A DNA stretch of 64,000 bases from an uncultured delta proteobacterium (GTDB taxonomy: Bacteria; Myxococcota_A; Polyangia; Fen-1088): NCBI GenBank assembly GCA_963737265.1, contig CAVTRY010000020.1, positions 1 through 64,000 of the forward strand. The letters are read 5' to 3'. The notes under the pieces were generated by a model. It had not been told where the DNA came from. It did no database searches and saw nothing but the letters and a program-made list of their open reading frames with translations. Every line of letters begins with the position of its first letter. The first letter of the stretch is position 1. The translations under genes were made by a program, and so were the position numbers. This document shows positions 40,958 to 51,346 of this stretch, in pieces.

Positions 40958-41848
40958 CTATGGCAGGGGCGGCTCGCAACCCCAGGACAAGACGCCGTCG
41001 ACGTAGGCAGTGATCTTCGGGTTGAGGCCCAGGGTCGTTTTCAAGGTGGCGTCGTACGAATAGTCGTTGGTTTGATCGTAGTTGCCGCCGTAGTTGTCCT
41101 TGTGAAAGGCGAAGTTGAATCCACGGGTTTCCACGAAGGACGCACCGGCATCGGGAACCGCTGGATACGAAATTTCGAGCACCATGCTGGCGCCGGGCCG
41201 CGGAGGATTCACGGCGACGAATTTCATCGTCGTGGCGGCGGGAACGTAGTACTGCTCCAAGACATTGGCAGAGGCGGCCGCCTCATCGGTGAACCAGTAG
41301 CGCAACGTCACCTGTGAAAGCCGGGCGCTGAGCGCGGTGAAGTTGACGACGTCCATATGCATCATGATGGACGATGTCCCGGTGGCGGCGCTGTCGGAGT
41401 AGTAGTAGACGCCCAGTCGCCCCGTGCTGGTGATGTCCGAGCAACCAACCACGCCTCCGTCGTCAGACGATGGGGTCGCATCCTTTCCGGTGGCTCCGCC
41501 CTGGCTGGCGTCTTTGCCCATGGCGCCGCCGGCCGAGGCATCGCGACCGCCGCCGCCACCTTTGCTCGGATCGCCGCCCGATCCGCTGTTGCCGCCGTCG
41601 CGTTGAACCGCACCACCGCTACCGCCTTGTCCAGACTGACCACCCTCGCCGTTTCCCCCGCTGGCCAGAACTCCGCCGCTGCCACTGCCCCCGGTAACAG
41701 GTGTCGCATTGTGATCGGCCGAGGCTGCGTCACTGGAAGCACCATCCGCCTTTTTGCATGCGCCGGCTGCGGCGGCTAGGCACAGGGGAGCAATCGCTAG
41801 GAACAGCAGCGAGGCAATGCGAGTGGGCAGGGCATTTTGCAAGGGCAT
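40958..41848 (-). CDS. Lipoprotein with CBM3-like cellulose-binding domain
   Basis: Lipobox AGAC; LSQVTLRYWFT...YDQTNDYSY...KITAYVDGVLSWG.EP. Confidence 0.85.
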   Translation of the reverse strand: MPLQNALPTRIASLLFLAIAPLCLAAAAGACKKADGASSDAASADHNATPVTGGSGSGGVLASGGNGEGGQSGQGGSGGAVQRDGGNSGSGGDPSKGGGGGRDASAGGAMGKDASQGGATGKDATPSSDDGGVVGCSDITSTGRLGVYYYSDSAATGTSSIMMHMDVVNFTALSARLSQVTLRYWFTDEAAASANVLEQYYVPAATTMKFVAVNPPRPGASMVLEISYPAVPDAGASFVETRGFNFAFHKDNYGGNYDQTNDYSYDATLKTTLGLNPKITAYVDGVLSWGCEPPLP

Positions 41849-41910
41849 GCTGGAGAACCGGAAAGTTGGGGAATCTTCGGTATCTACCGAGAAGATTCGG
41901 ATACAATACC

Positions 41911-43923
41911 ATGACCATGCCACGCCGGGGTGATGTTGTGCGAGCCACGCGGGCCAGTTTGGCCAGCGCAATTGTCATGCTGACAGCGAGCTACTCCCTC
42001 GCTGGCTGCAAGGGTGGAACGATAGCGGGCACTGCCGGTTCCGACGCGGCACCCTTCGGGGCGGACGCCGTCGCCGTGGTCGTCAAGCTCGATTCCAGCA
42101 TTTCCGTTTCGATCGGCGTGCCAGCCAAGGGGGACGTGCGCCCATCCTGCCAAGATCCGAATGGCTGTGGCACGCTTCCCAATTGTGGCAATGGCACCTT
42201 GGACAGCGACGAGGAATGCGACGACGGAAACACCACCTCCGGCGACGGCTGCACCATGGCCTGCCGGCTCGAAACCGACTGGATCTGCCCCAACGCGGGC
42301 TCGCCTTGCGTATCGACGGTGGTGTGCGGTGACGGACGTATTTCTGGCAAAGAGGTCTGCGACGACCGCAACGCCAAAGACGGCGATGGCTGCTCTGCCG
42401 ATTGCAGCACGGTGGAACCCGGCTGGGTTTGCGTGGCGCCGGGCCTTCGCTGCCAGCCCAAATGCGGCGACGGGCTGCTCACCGGCTGGGAGGAATGCGA
42501 CGACGGGAATACCAACTCGGGTGACGGCTGCACCGCGGCCTGCAAGATCGAGCCAGGCTACGCCTGCCCCAAACCCAAAGCGGCCTGCCACAAGACGGTC
42601 TGTGGCGACGGCACCAAGGAAGGGAGCGAGTCGTGCGACGATGGAAACACCCTCCCCGGCGACGGTTGCGCCCCGGACTGCAGGTCCGAGCCGATCTGCA
42701 CCGGAACGAACGGCTGCACCTCGCCCTGCGGCGACGGGCTCAAGCTGCCCGACGAGGAATGCGACGACGGCAACTTGAGCTCGGGTGACGGATGCTCGTC
42801 GACCTGCAAACTCGAAGCGGGCTGGGATTGCACGCAAGAAGTGGAAGGCACCAACTCCAATCTCGTCGTGCCGATCATCTACCGCGACATGATCCCTCAG
42901 ACGGCGACCATCACCGACCCGCCGCCGCATCCAGACTTTGAGGTTCCCGTCAACGGCACGCTCACCCTGGGCGTCGTGCTCGGCACGCTCGGGCCCGATC
43001 GCAAGCCGCAGTACAACCCGGCGGTCGATATCACGTTGTCCAAGACCTCCACCGCGGCCAACTTCGACACCTGGTATCGGGATTCCAAGTACTGCAAGAC
43101 GGTCGTCGACACTATCACCTTGCTCGGCCAGACGAATGGCACGTTCATGTACGACCACTCGTCGTATTACAGCAACGACATCAAGCTGTGGCTGCGGCCG
43201 GCCTTCTTTCCGCTCGATAACAAAGGCTGGGCTGCTCCCGGCGGGCCGGAGATACCGTTCCTTGGTACCTGCGACCTCGACAATTCAAAGCACAACTTCT
43301 CCTTCACCAGTGAATTGCGCTACTGGTTCGAGTTCAAGGGTGGCGAGACCTTGGAATTCATCGGCGACGACGATGTTTGGGTGTTTGTGAACGGAAAGCT
43401 GGCGGTGGATCTGGGCGGCATTCACGAGGCCGCGGCAGGTGCCATCACGCTCGACGGCCCGACCGCGACCAAGTTTAATCTGACCAAGGGCAAGGTCTAC
43501 GAGATCGCCCTGTTCCAGGCCGAACGCAAGCAGACCCGGTCGAGCTACAAACTAACCGTCGGACAATTCAACCGCACCCATACGGTTTGCAAAGACCGCT
43601 GCGGCGACGGAATTGTCAACGGCAGCGAGGCTTGTGACAACGGTGCTGCCAATGCCGACGATGCCTACGGCGGCTGCACCACCCAGTGCATCGTCGGCCC
43701 GTACTGCGGCGATGCCAATGTCGATACCGCCTATGGCGAGGAGTGCGACGACGGGGTCAATCAAACGGTCTACGGCCAGGCCAAAGGCTGCGGTCCTGGC
43801 TGCCGAACCGTTCCCTATTGCGGCGACGGCAAAGTCGACGGCCTCTTCGGCGAAGAGTGCGACGACGGCGCCGAGAACGGCAAAGGCGCCTGCGATGAGG
43901 CGTGCCACGCCATCATTTACTAG
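41911..43923 (+). CDS. Fibro-slime domain protein with myxobacterial Cys-rich repeats
   Basis: Many CGDG...E.CDDGN..GDGC repeats; HPDFE, HNFSFTSE, FIGDDDVWVFVNG.LAVDLGGIH; start uncertain. Confidence 0.9.
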   Translation: MTMPRRGDVVRATRASLASAIVMLTASYSLAGCKGGTIAGTAGSDAAPFGADAVAVVVKLDSSISVSIGVPAKGDVRPSCQDPNGCGTLPNCGNGTLDSDEECDDGNTTSGDGCTMACRLETDWICPNAGSPCVSTVVCGDGRISGKEVCDDRNAKDGDGCSADCSTVEPGWVCVAPGLRCQPKCGDGLLTGWEECDDGNTNSGDGCTAACKIEPGYACPKPKAACHKTVCGDGTKEGSESCDDGNTLPGDGCAPDCRSEPICTGTNGCTSPCGDGLKLPDEECDDGNLSSGDGCSSTCKLEAGWDCTQEVEGTNSNLVVPIIYRDMIPQTATITDPPPHPDFEVPVNGTLTLGVVLGTLGPDRKPQYNPAVDITLSKTSTAANFDTWYRDSKYCKTVVDTITLLGQTNGTFMYDHSSYYSNDIKLWLRPAFFPLDNKGWAAPGGPEIPFLGTCDLDNSKHNFSFTSELRYWFEFKGGETLEFIGDDDVWVFVNGKLAVDLGGIHEAAAGAITLDGPTATKFNLTKGKVYEIALFQAERKQTRSSYKLTVGQFNRTHTVCKDRCGDGIVNGSEACDNGAANADDAYGGCTTQCIVGPYCGDANVDTAYGEECDDGVNQTVYGQAKGCGPGCRTVPYCGDGKVDGLFGEECDDGAENGKGACDEACHAIIY

Positions 43924-43981
43924 CATGCGGCGCCCGGCGCGCCATCGAGAACAGCAGCAAACCGTTGGCCAAGCTGACGAT

Positions 43982-44611
43982 TCAACCAGGCAAGCTACAG
44001 GAGTATGAAATGTGCTGATTTGCCAGGCATGGCCAGCGCTGATTGGCCAGTGCATCCAGCCATGCTTGCTTCCACGTGCCGTACAGTCCCGTATTGTCGA
44101 CGGCCCGGCCCTCCCCATCAAGATAGACCACGCCTAGGCTGGTGCGGCCATCCGCCGGACTGGAGTAGCAGAAGCAAAATGGGTCACCGCTACAGCGACC
44201 TTGCCTAATTGCGTCCCAGAAATCCGCGAGTTGACACAAGGCGTCCGATGTTGCTACTGTCTCGCCATCGGTTGCTCCCCCATCTTGACCGGCACTAGTG
44301 TTGCCCCCTTGGAATGCCACGCCCCCGGTGGCGACTACTGTTTCTCCGGTGCTGCTGGCCCCGGCGCCTCCGGCCGAGGAGGCGTCCTCAACTCCCCCCG
44401 TCTCCGTACCCCCTGAACCACCTCTTCCACCACTCGGTGAAGTGCTTCCGCCTTGGGCAGCGTCGCGGCCAGTGCTCCGAAGCCCGCGTTCCCCGCAACC
44501 TGCGTAAACAAAAGCGACCGCAAACAAGAGACGCCAGATCATCGCCGGGACAGCTTGCATCGTATTTTGTCCGATTGCCTTCATTCTGCGCTCTTCTTGC
44601 CCCAGAACCAT
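43982..44611 (-). CDS. Hypothetical lipoprotein with Gly/Ser linker and small Cys domain
   Basis: Lipobox YAGC. Confidence 0.6.
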   Translation of the reverse strand: MVLGQEERRMKAIGQNTMQAVPAMIWRLLFAVAFVYAGCGERGLRSTGRDAAQGGSTSPSGGRGGSGGTETGGVEDASSAGGAGASSTGETVVATGGVAFQGGNTSAGQDGGATDGETVATSDALCQLADFWDAIRQGRCSGDPFCFCYSSPADGRTSLGVVYLDGEGRAVDNTGLYGTWKQAWLDALANQRWPCLANQHISYSCSLPG

Positions 44612-44754
44612 TGCCGCCTAGCTACGATCAATTTTCCGTCGTTTGGATTCGTCAATGAGTCGAAGGCAGGCGAAGTTTTGCCAGTCGACGGGTCAGCCAC
44701 CTACACTGCAGGAAAATAGAACGAGGCGATGGCCGCCGTTAGGCAGAAGCGAGC

Positions 44755-44950
44755 TCGATGGCAGATCCAATTCGATCGAGACGGGCTTTCCAAGAAAGTC
44801 TGAAGGAGACAACGGCCCGTCGCCGCTGAAGAAGGTCAGGTCGTACAAGAACGGCTTGCCGATCTCTTCCGCGCCATGGGGGCGGTAGAAATGCAGGTCT
44901 TCGCGCGCGGGACTCTTGATGCGAACTTGGGTATTGGATGAAAGCGCCAT
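44755..44950 (-). pseudogene. vgrG: VgrG N-terminal fragment
   Basis: AGGAGA RBS; GAEEIGKPFLYDL.F.S....DFLGKPVSI; ends after about 65 codons. Confidence 0.7.
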
Positions 44951-44963
44951 GATCTCTCCTAGG

Positions 44964-46250
44964 CTATTTCTGTTGCGGTGGAGGAAGCTGGTCCCGTTCA
45001 TGTTCGCGCGATTCCCGCGTCGGCTGTCCATCAATTTCGATCAGCGGGGAGTCTGCGTCCCCCTTGCCACGGGGGAGGTGAATAGCTCGCTGCCTAGTTG
45101 CCCGAATCTTGCACCGATCCTTCCGGACGACCCCCACGCGCTCGGTCTCTTTGAAAGGTTGCAGGGTACGCAGGTGGATGTCTACCTCACGAACGATACA
45201 ATCGTCGTCCCATTTTGATTCCGTGTATTTGAAGAGGGCATCACACCCTTCAATCAGGATGGTCGATGTCCCAGTAGTCGCCGCTCCGGTTTGGACTTCG
45301 CAGTCCTCCGCCAAGAGAACTGGCTGGGCAGCGGCACCTCGAACGAGCCAATAGGATCGCCCCACGCACTCAGCGGCATCGTCGGGTTTGGTGGGGCCAA
45401 TGGTCGATCTCGTGTCGACAGCTTTCATTCCCGGGCACTTCGGGATGTTCCAGGTGCGCGCGATGCGACAGGTCCCAGTCCCGACGCAAGGAGGATCACC
45501 GATGCTCGTTGCCACCGGAGGAACGTTCCTCGCCAACTCTGGGAGGCTTGTCTTCTTGTCCAAGGTTGCAGGTCCATCGATCACGAGGAGCGGAGAGCCA
45601 TCGGCCCCTCTGCCGCGCGGAAGGTGAATCGCCCTACGGGTGGCGGGGTTGCTTGTGTATCCTGCGTTTCGCGTCAGCACTCCGTCGCTTTCGATCTCCC
45701 GGAATAGCTGGAGCGTGTCGAGGTGAATCCCAACCTCCCGGATGCGACAGGTCAGATCCTTCCGGATCTCAAAGTACCTAAAGAGAATGTCGCACCCGAC
45801 GATCTCGGTTGCGGAAGCTCCGGGCGGCTCCGTCCCGTCTTGCAGCCGACAGTCCTCCACCAAAAGAACGGGGGGCGAGCCATCCCCACGGATCAGCCAG
45901 TGGTCCTGCCTTGCGCATTCCAGCCCGGCATCGGGGTTGGTCACATCAGTCATCTGCCCGTGAAGCCGTATCGTCTCGACGATCTTCGCTCCGGGGCACG
46001 CCGGAGCGTTCCTGATGCGCAGGACGCGACAGGTTTTGGCGCGGACGCAGGGGAGAGCATCGACGACGGCATCCGGTGAAGGGAAATAGCCCTTCGATCT
46101 ATCCGGCAGCCCTTGGACATCGCAGACCGAGGGACGCGCCCAGAAGACGACGCCTCCAAAGATCAACGCCGCTAAAGTCGGATGAAGGTGCAATTGGAAA
46201 GGAACTCCGTTTTCTTGTACACGCCTTCCTTGTGGACGGCACCTGTCCAT
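44964..46250 (-). CDS. Exported Cys-rich protein with two tandem homologous domains (candidate immunity)
   Basis: Hydrophobic N-segment; repeats PCV...TCR...CPG...RAIHLPRG.G..SPL..IDG twice; start uncertain. Confidence 0.65.
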   Translation of the reverse strand: MDRCRPQGRRVQENGVPFQLHLHPTLAALIFGGVVFWARPSVCDVQGLPDRSKGYFPSPDAVVDALPCVRAKTCRVLRIRNAPACPGAKIVETIRLHGQMTDVTNPDAGLECARQDHWLIRGDGSPPVLLVEDCRLQDGTEPPGASATEIVGCDILFRYFEIRKDLTCRIREVGIHLDTLQLFREIESDGVLTRNAGYTSNPATRRAIHLPRGRGADGSPLLVIDGPATLDKKTSLPELARNVPPVATSIGDPPCVGTGTCRIARTWNIPKCPGMKAVDTRSTIGPTKPDDAAECVGRSYWLVRGAAAQPVLLAEDCEVQTGAATTGTSTILIEGCDALFKYTESKWDDDCIVREVDIHLRTLQPFKETERVGVVRKDRCKIRATRQRAIHLPRGKGDADSPLIEIDGQPTRESREHERDQLPPPQQK

Positions 46251-46660
46251 GTGTTCCCCTCGACGGATTCAAGGATTCCCCCCGGCATAAGTGGTCCCTT
46301 CACAATTCCGACGTGGTGGTGTTCCTTGACCAGGACATCACCGCACATGGGATCCTTGACCATTCTGTTTTCCTTCTTGCCCCATTCTTCCAACTTTGCC
46401 GCCCCAAATATTTTTGGAAAGGGGTTGTCAACTGCCAGCTTGAGTGCCGCTTGCATGAAGCACCAGTAGGCGAATTTCGCGCACCATGCTTGTCCGAGCG
46501 TCCCGCCGACCATCTGGTACTCGTCGACGCGCGGCCCGCGGTTATCGTTGTTTGTTTCAAAAACACCTTGCGCAGCCTCTGCAAGCGCGACCTTGACCGC
46601 CGCCTTCGCGACCTCGGGGTGAAATTCGGGCGGCCGGTCTTGAAGCTTCTCGTCAGCCAT
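46172..46660 (-). CDS. CHAP-domain amidase
   Basis: AWCAKFAYWC, GDV, HVGIV, VEGNT; AGGAG RBS. Confidence 0.85.
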   Translation of the reverse strand: MADEKLQDRPPEFHPEVAKAAVKVALAEAAQGVFETNNDNRGPRVDEYQMVGGTLGQAWCAKFAYWCFMQAALKLAVDNPFPKIFGAAKLEEWGKKENRMVKDPMCGDVLVKEHHHVGIVKGPLMPGGILESVEGNTWTGAVHKEGVYKKTEFLSNCTFIRL

Positions 46661-47043
46661 GGCTCACTCCTTCGAGCGACGAGTCAAGAGACCATGTCGT
46701 CATGGTACCGTCCTGTTGCACTCGGCCACCGTCGCCGCATGCACGCCGCTGATTCATCCATCGATGGTGAATCCATCTTCCCTCCTGTCCTGCCGGACTC
46801 GTCCGTGTCATCGCCAGACCCCAACTCTAGAGGTGGGTTTGTCCGCGTCAAGGGGCTTGGTGCTGCCGAAGAGATATCGATGCTCTTGGAAATCGACGAC
46901 AGCAACCACACCGGCTTCGCTGCGTGCGCGGAATCCCAGACAAAGAGGTCAGGTTCGACCTGCTGTGGGGACGATCCTGGCAGTGGCAAATCGCGATACG
47001 AGAGTGACGAACAAATCTCGAACCCATCGCGTTCCAGGAAAAA

Positions 47044-47693
47044 CTAGGGCGAAAAGTAGTGGCCGATCGCTTCGCCCAGGGCCAGTCGCGTCCGGTGCAG
47101 GCGGGTCTTGACCGCAGGCAGCGACAGGCTGAACAGCTCGGCCGTCTCCCCGGTGGACAGTCCCTCGACATCGCGCACCAGAAAAACCGTGCGCAAGCCG
47201 TCCAGCAGCGCGTCCACTGCCTTCTGGATGTGGTGCCGTAACTCCATCGACTGCAACTGCTCCTCGGGTTGCTGCGACCAGTCCGCCGCCGTACTTTGCA
47301 CGGAATGTTCGGCCGCCTTGTTTAAGGCGTCAGGCTCTACGTCGTCCAGCATGACTTCGGGATGGCGGTTGCGCGAGCGCAGGAACATGAGCGATGAGTT
47401 CACCGTCACCCGATACATCCAGTCTGCTGAACTGCGCGCGCCCCTCGAAGCCGGGCAACTTTCCGCCAGGCCAACAGGAAGGATTCCTGCAGGATTTCCT
47501 TCGCGTCGTTCTCATTGCGAACGAAGCGCATGGCGAGGCGGTAGAGCCTTTCCTCATAGCGGCCCACCAATTCCTCGAAGGCGGCGACATCCGCGGTGCG
47601 TGCGTGGCCGACCAGAGCTTCGTCGCTCAGTTCGCCCAGCGACGGGTGTGGCTTGCTGCCCGGAACAGGATGACCGTTGTGCTGGGAAATCAA
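47044..47693 (-). pseudogene. ECF sigma-70 factor split over three frames
   Basis: LSDEALV...AFEELV.RY / FEGRAQFS / WMYRVTVN...RDVEGLS..ETA...VKTRLHR. Confidence 0.8.
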
Positions 47694-48002
47694 TTCCTCC
47701 TCACGGAGCAGGAGAAGATTAGGCTAGCGTCAGTCATCAGGATAGACCTTCGATCGCGTATTCGACCCCCGACTATCGAATTGATGCGTCCTGTTGCCTT
47801 GACTGGGGAAAAGGTATTTTCGACGGAGAATGGTTGTTTTTCGATTCCTCTTTGGTGGCGCGCTCAAGTTCTTGATCCTGCAGCCCCGCCTCCGCCGCCG
47901 AAAACGGCGCCAGCGGCGTGCCGCACTCGATGCTGCTTAGCCGACCGCCAGGGGATCAACTTCAAGCGGTGGCCGCGAATGTTTTCATTTTGTAACCGAC
48001 GT

Positions 48003-48326
48003 GGCGGCTGTCTTGGAGCGAGGTCGCCGCCATTTTCGGCACCAACTGGGGCGTCGTCTATCGCGCCATCCGCTGGGTAGTCGACTACGGCCTTGCCCAT
48101 CGCAGCCTTGACGGCGTCCAGGCCATCGGCGTCGATGAGATCGCGGTCTGGGCGGGACACAAGTACCTCACCGTCGTCTACCAGATCGACGAGGGTGCAC
48201 GCCGGCTGCTCTGGGTTGGCAAAGAACGCACCGAACAGAGCTTTCGCGGCTTCTTCGCCATGTTCGGCGAGGCCCGCGCGAAGGCTCTGCGTTTCGTGGC
48301 CAGCGACATGTGGAAGCCATACCTTC
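48003..48326 (+). pseudogene. ISL3-family transposase fragment
   Basis: AIGVDEIA..GHKYLTVVYQID...SDMWKPYL. Confidence 0.85.
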
Positions 48327-48460
48327 CTGAAGAACCACCAGCGCTCCACGACAATGCCAACTGAGAACACCGACAGGGCCAAGAGCAGATAAAGAACCGC
48401 CGTGGCGCCTGTCGAAGCCAGCGCGAGAACCTGCGAACCCTCTACGCTGCCGCCCAGGAC
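48326..48460 (-). pseudogene. MotA/TolQ/ExbB N-terminal fragment
   Basis: VLYLLLALSVFSVGIVVERWWFF. Confidence 0.6.
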
Positions 48461-48469
48461 GGTTTCGCA

Positions 48470-49175
48470 GGGGCTGCATTGCCGCCATTTGTGCGCCAAG
48501 AATTCGAGGGCTATCTTGACTGCGGCCTGCTTTCACGAGGCTTCGCAAACTTGGAATGCGAAGACTGCCACTCGCATCTTCTGGTGGCCCGGCGCGGGAT
48601 CATCGAGGCCGGCGATGACCTGACCGTCCTCGATGACGGCTTTGCAGAGCGAGAGCCGGCGCTCGCGCAACTGGCCGCCGCCTCCGTCGCCGGGTGGCCC
48701 CCGCCGGACCCGAGTTGCGCCGCCCCCGTGGCTCTGCGCGGACATCCCGGCGTCGAGATCACCGCGCCCCTATCGGTCACCGAGATGGGCTTCTCCCTGC
48801 ACGCTGCCACTCGTGCCGGCGCCGACGATGCCCGTGCTCGTGAGGCTTTGTGCAAGTACATTCTTCGCCCGCCGTTAAGCCAGGAGCGCCTGCACCTCTT
48901 GCCCGATGGCCTCGTCCGCATCGAGTTGCGCAAGCCCTACCGTGACGGCACCTACGCCGTCGACATGGACCCACTCTCGCTGCTCTGTCGTCTTGCGACA
49001 AGCATTCCTCCCCCACGTCGGCATACGGTCCATTACGGTGGCGTGCTCGCCCCAGCATCCAAGCTCCGACCCACGGTCGTGCCACCGCCAGCCCCGATGC
49101 CCGCAGGGCAGGAAGTCCCAGCAACGTCCAGGCCCCCCACGCACAGGTCAATCTATCGCCCGTGGTGTGAGCTAC
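48470..49175 (+). pseudogene. IS91-family transposase with large internal deletion
   Basis: EFEGYLDCG.L.RGF...C..C zinc-binding start joined to GFSLHA, LCKYILRPPL, PPPRRH.V.Y.GVLAP. Confidence 0.85.
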
Positions 49176-49234
49176 ATGGGCGGGAGAGTCCAAACGCCTT
49201 TCGGATGATCTGTCGTGTCCCTCGCCGCGTGGAC

Positions 49235-49981
49235 TCAGAGCTGAGTCATGCCGCCGTCCACGGGGAGTTCGTGTCCGTTCGTGAACGTCGCGTCGAAGGC
49301 CAGGAAAACGGCTGCCTTCGCGATCTCTTCGGGACGACCATGGCGCTTCATCGGAATGGCCTCCTCCATCTTCTCGTACATCTGGTCCATCTGCTCCTTG
49401 GACAGCCCCGTCTTGAGGATGACCGGCGTGTCGATGGGACCGGGGCTGATGGCGTTGACGCGGATACCCTGCGGCATAAGCTCGGCTGCGAGCGATCGCG
49501 CGAGGGAGCGGAGCCCGGCTTTGGCGGCCGCGTACGCGCTGACCCCTGGCATCCCCTTCTCGTTCGCGATGGATGTCGTGAGTACGATCGCGCTCCCGGA
49601 AGGCATCAGCGGAGCAAACTTCTGCGCCGCGAAGTACGGCCCTTTCATGTTCAGATTGAACATCTCGTCGTACGCCGCCTCGGACGTGCCCTCGAACGGC
49701 GCGAACGATCCGTACCCGGCGTTGAGGAACAGAAAGTCCACCGCTCCGAACTCCGACTTCGCGCGAGCGGCGAGAGCGTCGATGTCCGTCAGGACCCTCG
49801 CGTCACTCGACATCACGATGGCGTTCTTCCCAAGCACCACGCGAGCTGAGTCGAGCGTCTTTTTCGTTCTTCCCGTCACCAGCACGCGTGCTCCCTGATC
49901 AAGCAGCAGCTTCGCCGTGGCGAGACCTATGCCGCTCGTGCCGCCGGTGATCACTACTCGTTTTCCGTCGTATTGCCCCAT
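49235..49981 (-). CDS. Short-chain dehydrogenase/reductase
   Basis: TGGTSGIG, NAG, YAAAK, IRVNAISPG, VDGG. Confidence 0.93.
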   Translation of the reverse strand: MGQYDGKRVVITGGTSGIGLATAKLLLDQGARVLVTGRTKKTLDSARVVLGKNAIVMSSDARVLTDIDALAARAKSEFGAVDFLFLNAGYGSFAPFEGTSEAAYDEMFNLNMKGPYFAAQKFAPLMPSGSAIVLTTSIANEKGMPGVSAYAAAKAGLRSLARSLAAELMPQGIRVNAISPGPIDTPVILKTGLSKEQMDQMYEKMEEAIPMKRHGRPEEIAKAAVFLAFDATFTNGHELPVDGGMTQL

Positions 49982-50066
49982 GGTTGCGTTCTCCTTTTGC
50001 GACCTAAGTCGCGTTGCTTTTGATTCACGGCGTCGTGCGGGAATCGCGCGCTCCGTCCTGTTTATT

Positions 50067-50084
50067 TAGAACTGCTAAGTTCTA
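50067..50084. promoter_or_regulatory. TetR-type operator palindrome
   Basis: TAGAACT-GCTA-AGTTCTA in an AT-rich divergent promoter, overlapping TATAAT. Confidence 0.6.
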
Positions 50085-50123
50085 TAATGGAGTGCAGGCT
50101 TTCGCGCAACACTTTTTGAACTA

Positions 50124-50180
50124 AATGATTCGAAATACATTTAGGTCGCGCGGATCCCCGCGCAGCTTCGGCGAGATCGA
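50124..50180 (+). pseudogene. TetR 5' stub, paralog of 51356
   Basis: ATGATTCGAAATAC...CCGCGCAGCTTCGGCGAG matches ATGATTCAAAATAC...CCGCGCAGCTTCGACGAG. Confidence 0.7.
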
Positions 50181-50250
50181 AGCGCGGGAACAGAGACCCA
50201 GGAGCCAGCATTTGGGTCGCCACGTTCAACCAGCGCGATCGGGTGCTCGC

Positions 50251-51231
50251 TCAGGACACCGCGCTCAAGGGTGCTGCGGAGGAGAAATCGACGCCAGAGA
50301 CCTTGACGACGGCCTGCCACGCGGCTTCCTGGCTGGCGCGATCGTAGAGGTGTGGCTGGCGCTGCACCTCAATTGGGCCTGAGAACTTCCCTTTAGCCGA
50401 GGCGAAGAATTGCCCTGAGACGTCGGGTCCGAACTCCGACGCCCGGAGGTACCGACGGGCCGCGGTCTCCGGCGTCTGATTCATGCCGGGAATGAGGTTC
50501 ACGATTGGGATAAACAGATACTTCAACGCCGGGCCAGCGTTTCGCACCACCTTGGTGGCGGTCGCCCCACCGGGCGAGACAGCGTACACGGCCATGCCGG
50601 AGGGTAGCCGGGGCGCCAGCGCCGCGACCCACCAAGCGATAATGAGCTTCGCGTCGGCATACGTATTGTTGGGCACGTACTTCACGTTTGGCCCATTGCG
50701 AATCAGGGCTTCGATAGCGGCGGTCCGGTCTCCCTGGAAGTATTTGGCCGCGAAGGCTGGTACATCGGTGTAGCTGAACATCGGCACGCCCCCACGGGCA
50801 GGTTCCGCGCCGGCGATGACAATCCGCGCGTTGGGGCTCAGCAGGTTGGCGCGGAGCAACCCGATAGTCAGTTGATGATGGCCGATGAGCGGGGCCTGAG
50901 AAGCCTCGACGCCCGCCGCAGTGAGCACGCGCTTCTTACCTGGGACCATCCCTGCATTGAGCAGTAGGAAATCGACCGGCCGACCTCGCTTGACCAGCTC
51001 GGCGAGCGCGGACTGAACGCTGGACGGCGTGTCCAGATCCAGCTCCAGCGGCGTGAAAACCTGTGTCTTGGTCTCAGCCGCGAGTTGAGCGGCCGTTTCC
51101 TTGACCCGGGCCAGGCTGCGCCCGGTGACGATGATCTCGCGCCAGCCCTCTCCGGCAAGAGTGCGGGCTGCCGCATAACCGAGCCCGGAGGTGGTGCCGG
51201 TGACGAGCGCAATCGAATGTGCCATGAGCAT
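50251..51231 (-). CDS. Short-chain dehydrogenase/reductase
   Basis: TGTTSGLG, LNAG, YADAK. Confidence 0.88.
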   Translation of the reverse strand: MLMAHSIALVTGTTSGLGYAAARTLAGEGWREIIVTGRSLARVKETAAQLAAETKTQVFTPLELDLDTPSSVQSALAELVKRGRPVDFLLLNAGMVPGKKRVLTAAGVEASQAPLIGHHQLTIGLLRANLLSPNARIVIAGAEPARGGVPMFSYTDVPAFAAKYFQGDRTAAIEALIRNGPNVKYVPNNTYADAKLIIAWWVAALAPRLPSGMAVYAVSPGGATATKVVRNAGPALKYLFIPIVNLIPGMNQTPETAARRYLRASEFGPDVSGQFFASAKGKFSGPIEVQRQPHLYDRASQEAAWQAVVKVSGVDFSSAAPLSAVS

Positions 51232-51346
51232 CTCCGTGGTGAAGGGTGAAGGTAGAGTCGTGAGGCCCCTCGAGGACAGGACCGGCTTGCTAATTTCTAA
51301 CTGTCTGGTTATATATGTTTGGTGCGATGGCCATTGTCAATGAGTT

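Noticed and set aside
44735-44750. GTTAGGC (and GCCTAAC near 52160) as integron attC cores
   Set aside because: No paired R/L boxes, no cassette periodicity and no integron integrase
48479-49849. 456-aa ORF as a full transposase
   Set aside because: The central catalytic region is deleted and the last half is antisense to the SDR gene
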